NCBI GenBank assembly: GCA_044353905.1
Contig: JBILBA010000005.1
Location: 2,699 to 66,698 of the forward strand
Reading direction: 5' to 3'
Origin: Microbacteriaceae bacterium
GTDB lineage: Bacteria; Actinomycetota; Actinomycetes; Actinomycetales; Microbacteriaceae
Length of the DNA stretch: 64,000 nucleotides
Shown here: positions 10,162 to 20,112 of the stretch, piece by piece
Layout of the letters: every line of letters begins with the position of its first letter
How positions within the stretch are numbered: position 1 is the stretch's first letter
Notes under the pieces: generated by a model
What the model was told of the DNA's origin: nothing
Seen by the model: the letters and a program-made list of their open reading frames with translations, nothing else
The model's database searches: none
Translations under genes and position numbers: made by a program

Positions 10162-11186
10162 CCTGGCTTCCGGAGGACGCTGACCGCTTCGACGATTACG
10201 ACGAGTCGGCCGCCAAAGTCCGCCCACCCAAACGGGGAAGCAAACCGCGCACCAAGAACCGTCCGGCACATGACGATTCGATTCAGGCCCGTGTCATTAC
10301 GGTTGACCGAGGTCGATATCTGACTCTCGCCGACGAGGGAACGCCCGAGGAACGCGAGATCATCACCAAGCGAGCCCGCGAATTGTCGCGAACACCGATT
10401 GTCACGGGCGACCTCGTTGACATCGTGGGGGACACGACGGGTGGCGACGGCACTCTCGCACGCATTGTTCGCGTTGTCCCACGCACGACGGTGCTGAGGC
10501 GCTCGGCGGACGACAGCGACACGGTCGAGCGCATGATTGTTGCCAACGCCGATCGGATGCTCATCGTCGTTGCGGCGGCGAACCCAGAGCCACGCCAGCG
10601 ATTGGTCGACCGGTACATGGTGGCTGCATTTGACGCCGGAATCTTGCCAATCCTTTGTGTGACGAAAACCGACCTCGCGGATCCCACCGAATTCCTCGCT
10701 CATTTTCACGGCCTCAATGTGCCCGTCGTGACGTCCCGTTCGGACGACCCGCCGCTCGCAGAATTGACGGAGGTTCTCGTCGGACACACGACTGTCGCGG
10801 TCGGGCACTCGGGCGTCGGAAAGTCCACCCTTGTCAATGCCCTCATTCCCAGTGCCCACCGGGCCGTTGGTGTTGTCAATGACGTGACGGGCAGGGGACG
10901 ACACACCTCGTCGTCGACCGCATCCTTCCGTTTCCCTGGCGGCGGGTGGCTCATCGACACCCCCGGAGTCCGATCATTCGGATTGGGACACGTTCGTCCC
11001 GAGTCCGTCCTCGCGGCGTTCACCGATCTAGCCGAAATCGCCGAGGACTGCCCGCGCGGCTGCAATCACTTTGACTCCGACTGCGCGATGGTCGAAGCGG
11101 TCGCCGCCGACGCGCTTGGTTCGGAAGGTGCGGCGCGACTCGATTCGGTTCAGCGATTAATTCAGTCGCTCGATTCCGTGGCGTAA
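10158..11186 (+). CDS. rsgA: ribosome small-subunit-dependent GTPase A
   Basis: Trimmed to ATG 10158, which overlaps the aroA stop as ATGA. Circularly permuted GTPase motifs (VTKTDL, GHSGVGKSTLVNAL, DTPG) and a C-terminal Zn-finger-like CxxxC/H region. Confidence 0.88.
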   Translation: MTWLPEDADRFDDYDESAAKVRPPKRGSKPRTKNRPAHDDSIQARVITVDRGRYLTLADEGTPEEREIITKRARELSRTPIVTGDLVDIVGDTTGGDGTLARIVRVVPRTTVLRRSADDSDTVERMIVANADRMLIVVAAANPEPRQRLVDRYMVAAFDAGILPILCVTKTDLADPTEFLAHFHGLNVPVVTSRSDDPPLAELTEVLVGHTTVAVGHSGVGKSTLVNALIPSAHRAVGVVNDVTGRGRHTSSSTASFRFPGGGWLIDTPGVRSFGLGHVRPESVLAAFTDLAEIAEDCPRGCNHFDSDCAMVEAVAADALGSEGAARLDSVQRLIQSLDSVA

Positions 11187-11195
11187 CCTGACAGC

Positions 11196-11996
11196 GTGAC
11201 CATAACCCTCCAGGACGACCTCGCTCTCGCACGTTCGCTTGCCGCCATGGCCGACCTCGTGTCGATGCGCCGCTATGAGTCTCAAGACTTCACTGTCACC
11301 ACGAAACCCGATCGCACACCGGTCACCGAGGCGGATCGCGAGGTTGAACACGCGATACGTGAGGGATTGGCCGCCGCTCGTCCAGAGGATGCGATCTTGG
11401 GCGAAGAGTTCGGTTCGACCGGCCACCAGGAGGGCGAACACCGTCCTCATCGTCAATGGATCATCGACCCGATCGACGGGACCGCGAATTTTCTCCGCGG
11501 AGTACCGATTTGGGGAACACTGCTTGCGCTCGCGATTGATGGTGTCCCCGTCGTCGGTGTCGTGTCCGCTCCCGCTCTGGGTCAACGCTGGTGGGGCGCT
11601 AAAGGCTTGGGTGCTTACACACAACGCGCCGGGAAACACGAAGAGACCTTGTCGGTGAGTTCCGTCACATCTCTTGACGACGCGGTCGTCTCGTACAACT
11701 CGCTGCCGGGGTGGATCGAGGCTGGACGCGGTGACCAGGCGATTGCACTGGCAACCTCTGCGTGGCGGGCGCGAGCGATCGGAGACATGTGGCCCTACAT
11801 GCTCGTCGCCGAAGGAGCCATCGATGTCTCGACCGAATGCGGCCTTCAGCCCTATGACATGGCCGCTCTGATTCCGATTGTGGAAGAGGCCGGTGGACGT
11901 TTCACGGATATCGATGGGCGTGATGGACCGTGGCACGGCACCGCGTGTGCAACCAACGGACATCTGCACGACGCAGTTCTCTCGGCCCTTCGATAG
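11196..11996 (+). CDS. hisN: inositol monophosphatase family protein, histidinol-phosphatase HisN-like
   Basis: 266 aa. IMPase motifs TEADREVE, WIIDPIDGTANF and the WDxAA-like region (YDMAALIPIVEEAGG). Confidence 0.65.
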   Translation: MTITLQDDLALARSLAAMADLVSMRRYESQDFTVTTKPDRTPVTEADREVEHAIREGLAAARPEDAILGEEFGSTGHQEGEHRPHRQWIIDPIDGTANFLRGVPIWGTLLALAIDGVPVVGVVSAPALGQRWWGAKGLGAYTQRAGKHEETLSVSSVTSLDDAVVSYNSLPGWIEAGRGDQAIALATSAWRARAIGDMWPYMLVAEGAIDVSTECGLQPYDMAALIPIVEEAGGRFTDIDGRDGPWHGTACATNGHLHDAVLSALR

Positions 11997-12005
11997 TCTT
12001 AGACC

Positions 12006-12524
12006 GTGCCTACCTTCCGTTTCTCGACCCTTCGTCTCGCTTCCGTGTTGGCTGTTTCCGCGCTTTCCTTGACAGGGTGCACCATGGTTTCCACGCTGAT
12101 CGACACCTACGGCGGTGCACCAGCGCCCGTGGCAAGCCCCTCGGCTGCACCGACCTTCGCGCCGACAGGGCTCATCGACCTGAAGATCGGGGATTGCCTC
12201 GACCAAAAGCGGCTTGAAGACGGAATCACCTCCACCGAGCCACTCGTCGCGTGCGATTCGAAGCACGACCTGGAAGTGTTCGCGTCACTGACATTCGACG
12301 GCACCGCCTACCCATCAGTGGAAGAACTCGTCAGCTTTGGCACCAAGAAATGTGCAGTCGAATTCACTAAGTTTGTCGGCCTCGACTTCGGAATCTCGGC
12401 GTTTGATTTTCAGTATTATTACCCAACCGAATCATCGTGGGCGAACGGTGACCGCGGCATCGATTGCGTCATCTTTGACCCGACGAAGCAAACTATCGGA
12501 ACTCTCGCCGACGCCAAGCGTTAG
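12006..12524 (+). CDS. lipoprotein with septum-formation-like domain
   Basis: Signal peptide plus lipobox LSLTGC. Paired Cys/His pattern (GDCLD...ACDSKHDLEVF...KKC...IDC). Confidence 0.6.
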   Translation: MPTFRFSTLRLASVLAVSALSLTGCTMVSTLIDTYGGAPAPVASPSAAPTFAPTGLIDLKIGDCLDQKRLEDGITSTEPLVACDSKHDLEVFASLTFDGTAYPSVEELVSFGTKKCAVEFTKFVGLDFGISAFDFQYYYPTESSWANGDRGIDCVIFDPTKQTIGTLADAKR

Positions 12525-13666
12525 TAAACGCGATGGGCGCCGCGCGACGGTGTCACCACAAGCAACTCGGGTTCACTCAGCTGTTCGTCGGCAAAGGCCT
12601 GGCGAACCTTGCGCTCGACGAACGACAGCACCTCGGTTGGCACGAGCGCGATAACCACCCCGCCGAGTCCCCCGCCCGTCATCCGTGCCCCGAGAGCACC
12701 GGCCCGCTGTGCCGACCGGATCGCGCGGGAGCTAGGCGAGTTGTTCACATCGAAATCGTCTCTCATCGACAGGTACGAGGCAACGAGAAAGTCCCCGATT
12801 GCTCGCGGCCCGTCGGACCGTAACAATTCGGCAACCGCCGCCACTCGGGCGTTTTCGGTGACCACGTGACGGACCCGCCGGTAGGTTTCACCGTCCTGAG
12901 TTTCGCGCACACGCGGCAGATCACTCACGGCGAGGTCCCGAAGAGTCTCGACACCGAGCGACGCCGCCGCTCGTTGGCACGCCGCGCGTCGATCCTGATT
13001 GGTTACCCCGCCCGACGAACGATGCCCGTCCGAAACGATGACAAGGAGTGCGAGGCCGGCATCGTCGGTGGCAAAGGGGACCGCCGAGGCTTCGGCCAAT
13101 TGGCAATCCACGAGCACCGCCGAGTCCGTTTCCCCGAACATCACCGTCGCCGTGTCGACCATTGTCGTTGGTGTGCCCACCATGTCGTGTTCCGCCCGTT
13201 GGCAGGCGTGAAGCAATTCCATTCGTCCGAGGTCGATTTCCCACAGATCATTCACCGCTACGGCTACCGCACACGCGATCGCAGCAGAAGCCCCGAAATC
13301 CGTGCCGGCGGGGATATCCGAGTCGATGACGATGTCCAATCCCGATGCGCCGCCGTGTGCACCGCCCAGCGCCCACAACACTCCAAGCGGACCGGCCGCC
13401 CAGCCACTCACGGCCCCCGGCACACATCGAGTCAATTCCACTGTGGTCGTGTCACCGAAGGGCGAGACGACGCGGACCCGACCGTCATCCCGAACTCCGA
13501 CGGCGACGACCACACCGAGGTTGATGGCGACGGGTAACGTCAACCCCGCGTTGTAGTCGGTGTGATCTCCGATGATGGTAACTCGACCGGGCGCGGCCCA
13601 CACGCCAAGGGGGTCTGCCCCGACAACCTCGGTGAACCGAGTCGTCACCCGATCAACCAGGTTCAT
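12521..13666 (-). CDS. galK: galactokinase
   Basis: Trimmed to ATG 13664-13666. Galactokinase signature GDHTDYNAG and GHMP kinase motif (GGLGGVV, GARMTGGG). Confidence 0.85.
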   Translation of the reverse strand: MNLVDRVTTRFTEVVGADPLGVWAAPGRVTIIGDHTDYNAGLTLPVAINLGVVVAVGVRDDGRVRVVSPFGDTTTVELTRCVPGAVSGWAAGPLGVLWALGGAHGGASGLDIVIDSDIPAGTDFGASAAIACAVAVAVNDLWEIDLGRMELLHACQRAEHDMVGTPTTMVDTATVMFGETDSAVLVDCQLAEASAVPFATDDAGLALLVIVSDGHRSSGGVTNQDRRAACQRAAASLGVETLRDLAVSDLPRVRETQDGETYRRVRHVVTENARVAAVAELLRSDGPRAIGDFLVASYLSMRDDFDVNNSPSSRAIRSAQRAGALGARMTGGGLGGVVIALVPTEVLSFVERKVRQAFADEQLSEPELLVVTPSRGAHRVY

Positions 13667-13676
13667 GCGCGGAAAA

Positions 13677-14765
13677 TTACCAGCGAGGGCGCATGTCTGC
13701 AACCATCGGGCAGACGAACGGATCGGCGTTGTTGCTCAGTCCGACCTTGTTCAAATAGATGATGATCGCCTTGTACGAGGAAATGAGGTTCATCTCTACC
13801 AGCGTGATGTTTTTGTCTGCGCAGTAGGCTGCAACAATCTCGTGCGCGCGCTTGAGGTACGGGCGCGCCATCGACGGGAAGAGGTGGTGTTCGACCTGGT
13901 AGTTGAGCCCACCCATGAGGTTGTCCTTGAGCCAGCTTCCGCGAATGTTGCGGCTCGTAAGGACCTGGCGTTCAAAAAAGTCGAGTTTCACGTCGCGCGG
14001 AACGAGGGGCATTCCCTTGTGGTTCGGTGCGAAGGCGGCACCCATGAAGAACCCGAAAATCATCATCATGAAAATCCACAGCGCGATCGCCCACAGCCAC
14101 CCGAACATTAGTCCCATGATGACGTAGGGCGCGGTCTGACGGACCACCATCAGCGAGAACTCGAGAATTCGAATCCCGAGAGGCCGTTCGGTGCGACGAA
14201 GTGCCGCGAACGAGTCGAGCAACAGGTCAAAACCGGTCAAGAACAAGAGTGCGGGGAAAAGGTAGCCCTGGCGATTCGATATCCATCGTTCGATGCCGCG
14301 CTTCTCGTCGCGTGACTCGACCGTGAAACTCAAGACGCGAATCGCGATGTCGGGGTCTTCGCCAATCTGGTTCGGCTTTTGGTGGTGCTTGTTGTGCTTG
14401 CGCATCCAGAAACCGTAGGACAATCCCGCGAACAGGTTCGAGAGCAACAGCCCGGCCCAATCGTTCCACTTGTTGTTACGGAAAATCTGTCGGTGCGCAG
14501 CTTCGTGAGCGATAAAGCCGTACTGGGCTCCGAGAACTCCCAGCAAACCTGCGATGAGGAACGCGACGCCAATCACGATGCCGTCGTGAAGGTCGGATGC
14601 ACCAACGAAGCCACCGGCGACCCAGAGTCCAACTGCGAGAACAGAGATGACCGCGAGGCGAATGACGTAGAAGCTCGGGTTCTTTTTCAGCAGGCCCGCC
14701 GCTTTCACACGGGCGAGAAGCTCGGTGTAGTTGGACGTCAGCGGTGCGAGAAGGGTTGCTGTCAT
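13677..14765 (-). CDS. membrane fatty acid desaturase family protein
   Basis: 362 aa. Three histidine boxes (HEAAHRQ, HNKHH, QVEHHLFP) and multiple TM segments. Confidence 0.85.
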   Translation of the reverse strand: MTATLLAPLTSNYTELLARVKAAGLLKKNPSFYVIRLAVISVLAVGLWVAGGFVGASDLHDGIVIGVAFLIAGLLGVLGAQYGFIAHEAAHRQIFRNNKWNDWAGLLLSNLFAGLSYGFWMRKHNKHHQKPNQIGEDPDIAIRVLSFTVESRDEKRGIERWISNRQGYLFPALLFLTGFDLLLDSFAALRRTERPLGIRILEFSLMVVRQTAPYVIMGLMFGWLWAIALWIFMMMIFGFFMGAAFAPNHKGMPLVPRDVKLDFFERQVLTSRNIRGSWLKDNLMGGLNYQVEHHLFPSMARPYLKRAHEIVAAYCADKNITLVEMNLISSYKAIIIYLNKVGLSNNADPFVCPMVADMRPRW

Positions 14766-14810
14766 TATCCGAGTTTAGGGGATTTTCCTATGAGTTGCCC
14801 CTGTACGACA

Positions 14811-16136
14811 CTAGGCAACAAACGTGGCGAACAACCCCGTGACCAGTCCAAGCGAAGCGCCCCACACGATGACCTCGATGACGGTGCGTTGGAACCGGAA
14901 TAGCGCGACCGCGGCGATGACCGCAATTGACACGCCGACCAAATCAACCGATTGGCCGGTAGGCACAAACACGTTCTGGGCGAACACCAACGCGAGGCTC
15001 AACACGACACCGACGACAGCCGCGTTGATTGCGGTGAGTGGGCCGGCGAACGCCGTGCGATGCCGCGTTGCCTCGACGTAAGGGCCGCCGGCGAGGATGA
15101 AAAAGAATGACGGCAGGAAGGTGAACCAGGTCGCGACGATCGCCGCAAGAATCCCGGAAGCCCAGGAAGTACCCGAGCCGAGGAATTCTCCGCCGAAACC
15201 GCCGACAAAACCGACAAAGCTGACGAACATGATGAGTGGTCCCGGAGTCGTTTCACCGAGTGCGAGGCCGTCAACCATTTGCGTGGGCGTCGCCCAACCC
15301 GCGCTCACCGCACCGTGGAAAACGTAAGGCAACACCGCGTACGCGCCCCCAAACGTGAGAAGAGCGGCCCCGGAGAAGAACAGAGCCATCTCGACGAGGG
15401 AACTGTCCGGACCAAGACTCAGCCACAGCGCTCCGACCGGCAACAGCCACGCGGCGAGCGATACGGCGATGGTCCGTGCCAGACGCCCGTTTGTTACTCG
15501 AGCATGCGGTGAGGTTGGCGTGGTGTCATCGATGATGGCCGGCCCACCGGAATCCGCGGTTGGCGTGTGCCCACTTCCACCGTCAAAAACGCGGGGTGCC
15601 ACGCGCGAACCGACAATGCCGATCACAACGGCGACCGCGAGGATGAGCGGAAACAGAGCACCCGAGATCAGCATGGCAATTGTCGACACGCCAGCAATCG
15701 CCCAGAGCACCGGATGACGAAGCGATCGCGAGCCGATGCGAAACACGGCGTGCGCGATGATCGCGATGACAACGGGTTTGATGGTGGCGAAGATCCCCGT
15801 CACGATTGCCGTTTCCCCGAACGCGAGGTACAACCACGTGAGTGCGATGAGAATCACCAGCGACGGAAGAACGAACAAGGTCCCCGCGATGACACCACCG
15901 CGAACCCCGTGCATGAGCCACCCGATGTACGTGACGAGTTGTTGGGCCTCGGGGCCGGGCAGGACCATGCAGTAATTGAGGGCGTGCAGAAAACGTTTCT
16001 CTGAGATCCATCGCCGTTTGACGACAACCTCGTCATGCAGCATCGAGATTTGACCAGCCGGACCACCGAAACTGGTGAGACCGAGTTTCCACCAGTACCC
16101 GAGTGCATCGCGAAAAGGAATGGTCGGAGTGGTCAC
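14811..16136 (-). CDS. chrA: chromate efflux transporter (fused two-domain ChrA)
   Basis: 441 aa polytopic protein. Contains FGGPAGQISMLHDEVV, with the chromate-transporter pattern repeated in the second half (TFGGAYAVLPY). Confidence 0.8.
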   Translation of the reverse strand: MTTPTIPFRDALGYWWKLGLTSFGGPAGQISMLHDEVVVKRRWISEKRFLHALNYCMVLPGPEAQQLVTYIGWLMHGVRGGVIAGTLFVLPSLVILIALTWLYLAFGETAIVTGIFATIKPVVIAIIAHAVFRIGSRSLRHPVLWAIAGVSTIAMLISGALFPLILAVAVVIGIVGSRVAPRVFDGGSGHTPTADSGGPAIIDDTTPTSPHARVTNGRLARTIAVSLAAWLLPVGALWLSLGPDSSLVEMALFFSGAALLTFGGAYAVLPYVFHGAVSAGWATPTQMVDGLALGETTPGPLIMFVSFVGFVGGFGGEFLGSGTSWASGILAAIVATWFTFLPSFFFILAGGPYVEATRHRTAFAGPLTAINAAVVGVVLSLALVFAQNVFVPTGQSVDLVGVSIAVIAAVALFRFQRTVIEVIVWGASLGLVTGLFATFVA

Positions 16137-16175
16137 GGTCTCAGTCTGACAGACCTACCCTGCACCGAACAGTCG

Positions 16176-16463
16176 CTAGACCGCGATTGACAACGTCACA
16201 TCGACGATGTCGCCGACGGACAGTTTTTCGGGAAGTCGCACAGCGTTCTTGATGGGCACGAGGTACCCGCCGTCTTTCGGAAACAGTGACGTCGTCGCGG
16301 TCGTCGCACCCACCGTAACCGTAACTGGAATCACACCCCAGCCATATGTGACCATCGACGCTACCTCGGCGATTCTCGCCGCCTCGTCTTCGGGGACACG
16401 GACAAAGTAAAACGGAGACGGACCGCGCCACTCGAACATGTCACCGGCGAAGTTAAGCTGCAT
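16176..16463 (-). CDS. DUF1905 domain protein
   Basis: 95 aa. Contains FEWRGPSPFYFVRVPE...GWGVIPVTVTVG...TSLFPKDGGYLVPIK. Confidence 0.7.
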   Translation of the reverse strand: MQLNFAGDMFEWRGPSPFYFVRVPEDEAARIAEVASMVTYGWGVIPVTVTVGATTATTSLFPKDGGYLVPIKNAVRLPEKLSVGDIVDVTLSIAV

Positions 16464-16511
16464 TTTTGGCGCTCACTTCACATCGTCGACGAACGTTGAG
16501 ACAGCCGAACC

Positions 16512-16814
16512 CTATGGGCGCTTCCGCATCTTTTCGGCCTCGGCGCGAATGTCCTCGTCGGTAATCGGCTTGGCACCGATGACCGTGTAGGCGTCCAGGT
16601 AAGCGAACATCACACCGATACCCATCCCGAACATAACCCACATGGGCCAGAAGTAGCCGGTCGGTGTCGTGAACCACCAAATACCAACGAGAATCGCATT
16701 GACCGCGAGCGTGACGATGAGAAATTCTTTCGCGTCGCGCTTCTTTTTGAGGCTCTTTTTCGCGAGTTCGAGAAGAGCGGGATCGAGGGAATCATCTTTA
16801 GTAGCCATACCCAC
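16512..16814 (-). CDS. 2TM-domain small membrane protein
   Basis: 100 aa with a basic N-terminus, two adjacent TM helices and a charged tail. Confidence 0.6.
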   Translation of the reverse strand: MGMATKDDSLDPALLELAKKSLKKKRDAKEFLIVTLAVNAILVGIWWFTTPTGYFWPMWVMFGMGIGVMFAYLDAYTVIGAKPITDEDIRAEAEKMRKRP

Positions 16815-16856
16815 AGGCTAACAGTGAGGCCCGTTGAGACGTAGATTGGATGCATC

Positions 16857-17297
16857 ATGACTCGCATCGACATTCGAATGGAATTGCCGCACGGCATCGA
16901 CCGCGTGTGGGATCGCCTCACAGATTGGCAGTCCCATTCGGCGTGGATTCCCAACACCGTCGTGACCATTACAAAACAAACCAAGGGTCCGGGAACCGAG
17001 TTCGTCGGGATTACCCGAATTGGTCCACTTCGGCTCGACGACCCGATGACGGTCACCGAGTTTCAAGCGCCTACAGCGGGACGCGCTTCATGCACCATCA
17101 TCAAGACGGGGTCGGTCCTCGGTGGCACCGCGGGTTTCACGTTGTCGGCAGTCGAAGCGTCCACCACGCGCCTCGACTGGTTTGAGGACATCTACCTCAA
17201 GCCCAAAGGCGTGTTTTGGTGGACCGCGCCGTTCATTCTTGCGATCGGCACGATCGCGTTCCGCTCAGCGCTGAAGGCGTTCGCGCGCACCCTTTAG
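16857..17297 (+). CDS. SRPBCC (polyketide cyclase/dehydrase-like) family protein
   Basis: 146 aa. N-terminus IRMELPHGIDRVWDRLTDWQSHSAWIPNT is typical of SRPBCC proteins. Confidence 0.65.
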   Translation: MTRIDIRMELPHGIDRVWDRLTDWQSHSAWIPNTVVTITKQTKGPGTEFVGITRIGPLRLDDPMTVTEFQAPTAGRASCTIIKTGSVLGGTAGFTLSAVEASTTRLDWFEDIYLKPKGVFWWTAPFILAIGTIAFRSALKAFARTL

Positions 17298-17872
17298 ATT
17301 CGCGCGTGTCGGCGACGAACCACGGACAGCGCGAGACCCACTGCACCCACGAGACCCCCGGCGAGAAGCGCATTGGTTGCGTCGGTGGTGCCTGTTTGGG
17401 CGAGAGGTTCCGTATCGTCTTCGCCACCACTGGACGGCGCTTCGTTCCAGAACCTGATGGTGAAGCTCGTCTCGGCTGGGGAGGTGTTGTAGCCGCCCAC
17501 TTCGGCAGTGCCGCGAACTGGGATCGTTACGGTGTATTGCTCATTAGCGTCCGTTCCGACGTAGGCCTGAAAAATCCAGCCGGACGGATCATCGCGAACG
17601 GAGTGAAATTCACAGTTCAGAATGTGGACCGTGACGGTTTGTTCTTCGGTGCCGCCAAAATTCTCAACGTACGACGAATACCAAATCTCTGGACGTGGAT
17701 CGGTGTCCTCGTAGGGCGGGCCCTGCGTCTGGTTACAGTCGATGGTGTAGTCCGCGTCCGCATGAGCGGGAGTGGCAACGGCAACGCTAAACAGCCCTGC
17801 GAGTAATGCTGCGGATAGGGCGAACGAGCGTCGAATCGCATTCATAGTGAGAGCCAATCGTTGAAGGGACAA
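17294..17872 (-). CDS. sortase-anchored surface protein (LAQTG sorting signal)
   Basis: Signal peptide (ends ATPAHA). C-terminal LAQTG motif, then a hydrophobic stretch and the basic tail RRRHARI. Confidence 0.75.
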   Translation of the reverse strand: MSLQRLALTMNAIRRSFALSAALLAGLFSVAVATPAHADADYTIDCNQTQGPPYEDTDPRPEIWYSSYVENFGGTEEQTVTVHILNCEFHSVRDDPSGWIFQAYVGTDANEQYTVTIPVRGTAEVGGYNTSPAETSFTIRFWNEAPSSGGEDDTEPLAQTGTTDATNALLAGGLVGAVGLALSVVRRRHARI

Positions 17873-17926
17873 ACAAACTTTACTCTCCGAACGCTACACC
17901 CTCGCAGGATGGGCAGTTAGCCAGCG

Positions 17927-18304
17927 TTATTTGACGGGTTCGCCGAAAGCGTTGGGTCCGGGCTCGCTGTCCTTCAGGAATTGAATGAAGAGCACAATCC
18001 ATCCGACAATCGGGAGAAGGACGAAGAGATAGTACGTTCCCTTGCGCCCGACGTCGTGTAGTCGTCGCACGGACAACGCAATCGACGGAACGAGAATGGC
18101 GAGCTGCCAGAGATTCGACGGCAGGGAGGATTGCGGGAACGACATTCCGTCAAGAACGACCGTCGTCCCTGGCCAAACAGCACCAATCACAACGCTGACG
18201 AGAGTCGTGAACAAGACCGCGTACCAAAATTCACTGCGTCGCGCACGTCCGCTGAACGTGGCGTACTTTGAGAAAAAGCTCGAGATGGCTGCGCCGAATG
18301 ACAT
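17927..18304 (-). CDS. DUF805 family membrane protein
   Basis: Trimmed to ATG 18302-18304. Contains FSGRARRSEFWYAVLF and RRLHDVGRKG. Confidence 0.75.
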   Translation of the reverse strand: MSFGAAISSFFSKYATFSGRARRSEFWYAVLFTTLVSVVIGAVWPGTTVVLDGMSFPQSSLPSNLWQLAILVPSIALSVRRLHDVGRKGTYYLFVLLPIVGWIVLFIQFLKDSEPGPNAFGEPVK

Positions 18305-18437
18305 GGGGTTTCCTAACGTTTGGTGTGCTTGTGCTCTGCGTAACTGCCGAGCATGTCCCACGATACCCCTCCCGCCTAGGGAGAAGATCGACCTAGAGCC
18401 CATAACAGCAATTCACGCCATAGGAGGCGCTTGCGAA

Positions 18438-19163
18438 TCACGCTGCGCTGACACCCAGCAACGAGCCAACAAGGTACGTTGCTACGACCGCGATTGAGCC
18501 GAAAAGCAACTGGCGAATTGCGTTTCTCCACCACGATTTGCGGGTGAAAAAGGCTGCAATGCCGCCGGCAACGAGCAGACCTATTCCGCCAACTGCGAGT
18601 CCTAATGCCAGCGATTCAAAACCCAAAGCATAAGGAATTAGCGGAACAAACGCCCCGCTGGAAAACATTGCGAACGAAGAGACGGCGGCAATCCACGGGG
18701 ATGGCTTCGAATCCGGGTTAACGCCCAACTCCTGAGCGATGTGGATTTTGGCTGCTTGCTCTGCATTTTCGTGGACCTGAGAAGCCGCGGCTTTTGCGGT
18801 CGTTTCCGTCATGCCCATCTGGATGAAATTGAGAACCAACTCGTTCTGTTCTCCTGCGGGATTTCGCGTGTGCGCCTTGCGTTCGACGTCGAGTTCCGAG
18901 TCAATTTGCTCGTTGGCCGTCTTCACCGAAGCAAATTCACCCAAGGCCATCGAGAACGCGCCCGCCACTAAACCCGCGACACCGGTCACGACAATTATTC
19001 GAGCACTCGCACCAGCAGCACCAACACCGGCGATCAACGCGATGTTGGACACCAACCCGTCCATGGCTCCAAAAACGGAAGCCCGCAGCCAGCCACCGGC
19101 GAGATTCGGGTGGGTGTGGTCGTACTCGTGAGGGTCAGAGCCCTTTAGCTGCGGTGAATTCAC
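18438..19163 (-). CDS. VIT1/CCC1 family iron/manganese transporter
   Basis: 241 aa. Contains RASVFGAMDGLVSNIALIAGV, an acidic helical linker and C-terminal TM helices. Confidence 0.8.
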   Translation of the reverse strand: MNSPQLKGSDPHEYDHTHPNLAGGWLRASVFGAMDGLVSNIALIAGVGAAGASARIIVVTGVAGLVAGAFSMALGEFASVKTANEQIDSELDVERKAHTRNPAGEQNELVLNFIQMGMTETTAKAAASQVHENAEQAAKIHIAQELGVNPDSKPSPWIAAVSSFAMFSSGAFVPLIPYALGFESLALGLAVGGIGLLVAGGIAAFFTRKSWWRNAIRQLLFGSIAVVATYLVGSLLGVSAA

Positions 19164-19287
19164 AATTCATTCTCGTTCGTGTGGCGAGTTAAATCCCCGC
19201 AACGATGGGCTTGGTGCTCAACGTGTGGATGTGACCTGCCGAATGGTCGGGGTGGGTACGTGGCAAACCAACCCGTCGCCATCCTAT

Positions 19288-19632
19288 CTATTTGCCAGAA
19301 CTCACGAGGTTTTCGTTTCTGGACTGAATCTTCTTTTGGCGACGACGGAAAACGATGTAGGTCAACACAAACATCGCTAAGGCAATAACCGCAATCCACA
19401 TATACAACTGCGCAAATTGCGGACCGCTCCCGCCTTGACCAGAGAGTTCGAACGAGAGAAACAGGGAGACCCCACAAATGGATGCAAAGATCACGAAAGA
19501 CACGATTGCTGACCATGTTCTGCCGAACAAAAGCAGCCACACAAGAAGTCCCACAGGGATTAACAGAAGGATTACCAAACTTAAGTCCAAAATCCACACC
19601 TTTCCGCTCAACAGTGAAATCTGTCTGACCAC
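19288..19632 (-). CDS. hypothetical small polytopic membrane protein (low-GC gene)
   Basis: 114 aa with 3-4 hydrophobic helices and a basic tail RRRQKK. Composition is clearly more AT-rich than the neighbours. No family recognised. Confidence 0.45.
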   Translation of the reverse strand: MVRQISLLSGKVWILDLSLVILLLIPVGLLVWLLLFGRTWSAIVSFVIFASICGVSLFLSFELSGQGGSGPQFAQLYMWIAVIALAMFVLTYIVFRRRQKKIQSRNENLVSSGK

Positions 19633-19653
19633 TTAAATCTATTGCCACACAAA

Positions 19654-19680
19654 CGAAAAATCCCGCCTCCACCGGGAGGC
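19654..19680 (-). terminator. rho-independent terminator of ssrA
   Basis: On the minus strand: GCCTCC-CGGT-GGAGGC hairpin (19665-19680) followed by GGGATTTTTCG. Confidence 0.7.
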
Positions 19681-19737
19681 ATTTCTGCTTCTCGATAAAG
19701 GCGGGTCGAGCCGATCGTGTGGAATATGACTTGCCTA

Positions 19738-20112
19738 TGGTGGAGATGGGGGGAATTGAACCCCCGTCCAATACGAACAGTCGGAATCTTCTACGGGTGT
19801 AGTCAGTGAAGACGCTTTACTCGGCCCCGACCTTTGTCACTAACACCTAAGTCGACGAGCCCAGTATCAGTAAATGTCCCGCGAACCCCTGACACACAAG
19901 TTCGTAGCAAGCCCTCTAAATGGCGCCAGGATCCGAGCCGAAGGCGGAACTCGGTCTGACGGACTTCGATGGCGGCTTATTAGGCAGCGAGAGCGAAGTC
20001 GGTGCGCTTTGCGTTGGCACCTATTGGTTTGCAAGGGGCGTTTACGAGATAACCCTGCATCCTCGACCCGCTTCTTTCCGGCTTAGACGCACTGTCGAAA
20101 CCGATCATCCCC
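19738..20112 (-). ncRNA. ssrA: tmRNA (SsrA)
   Basis: Minus-strand 5' end is GGGGATGATCGGTTTCGACAG. 3' end is GGACGGGGGTTCAATTCCCCCCATCTCCACCA. Internal tag ORF GCC AAC GCA AAG CGC ACC GAC TTC GCT CTC GCT GCC TAA TAA encodes ANAKRTDFALAA. Adjacent to smpB. Confidence 0.95.

Noticed and set aside
19160-19771. 203-aa minus-strand ORF spanning the tmRNA 3' end and the small membrane gene
   Set aside because: It starts inside the tmRNA gene and crosses the ssrA terminator. The 114-aa ORF in another frame has a coherent membrane-protein pattern.
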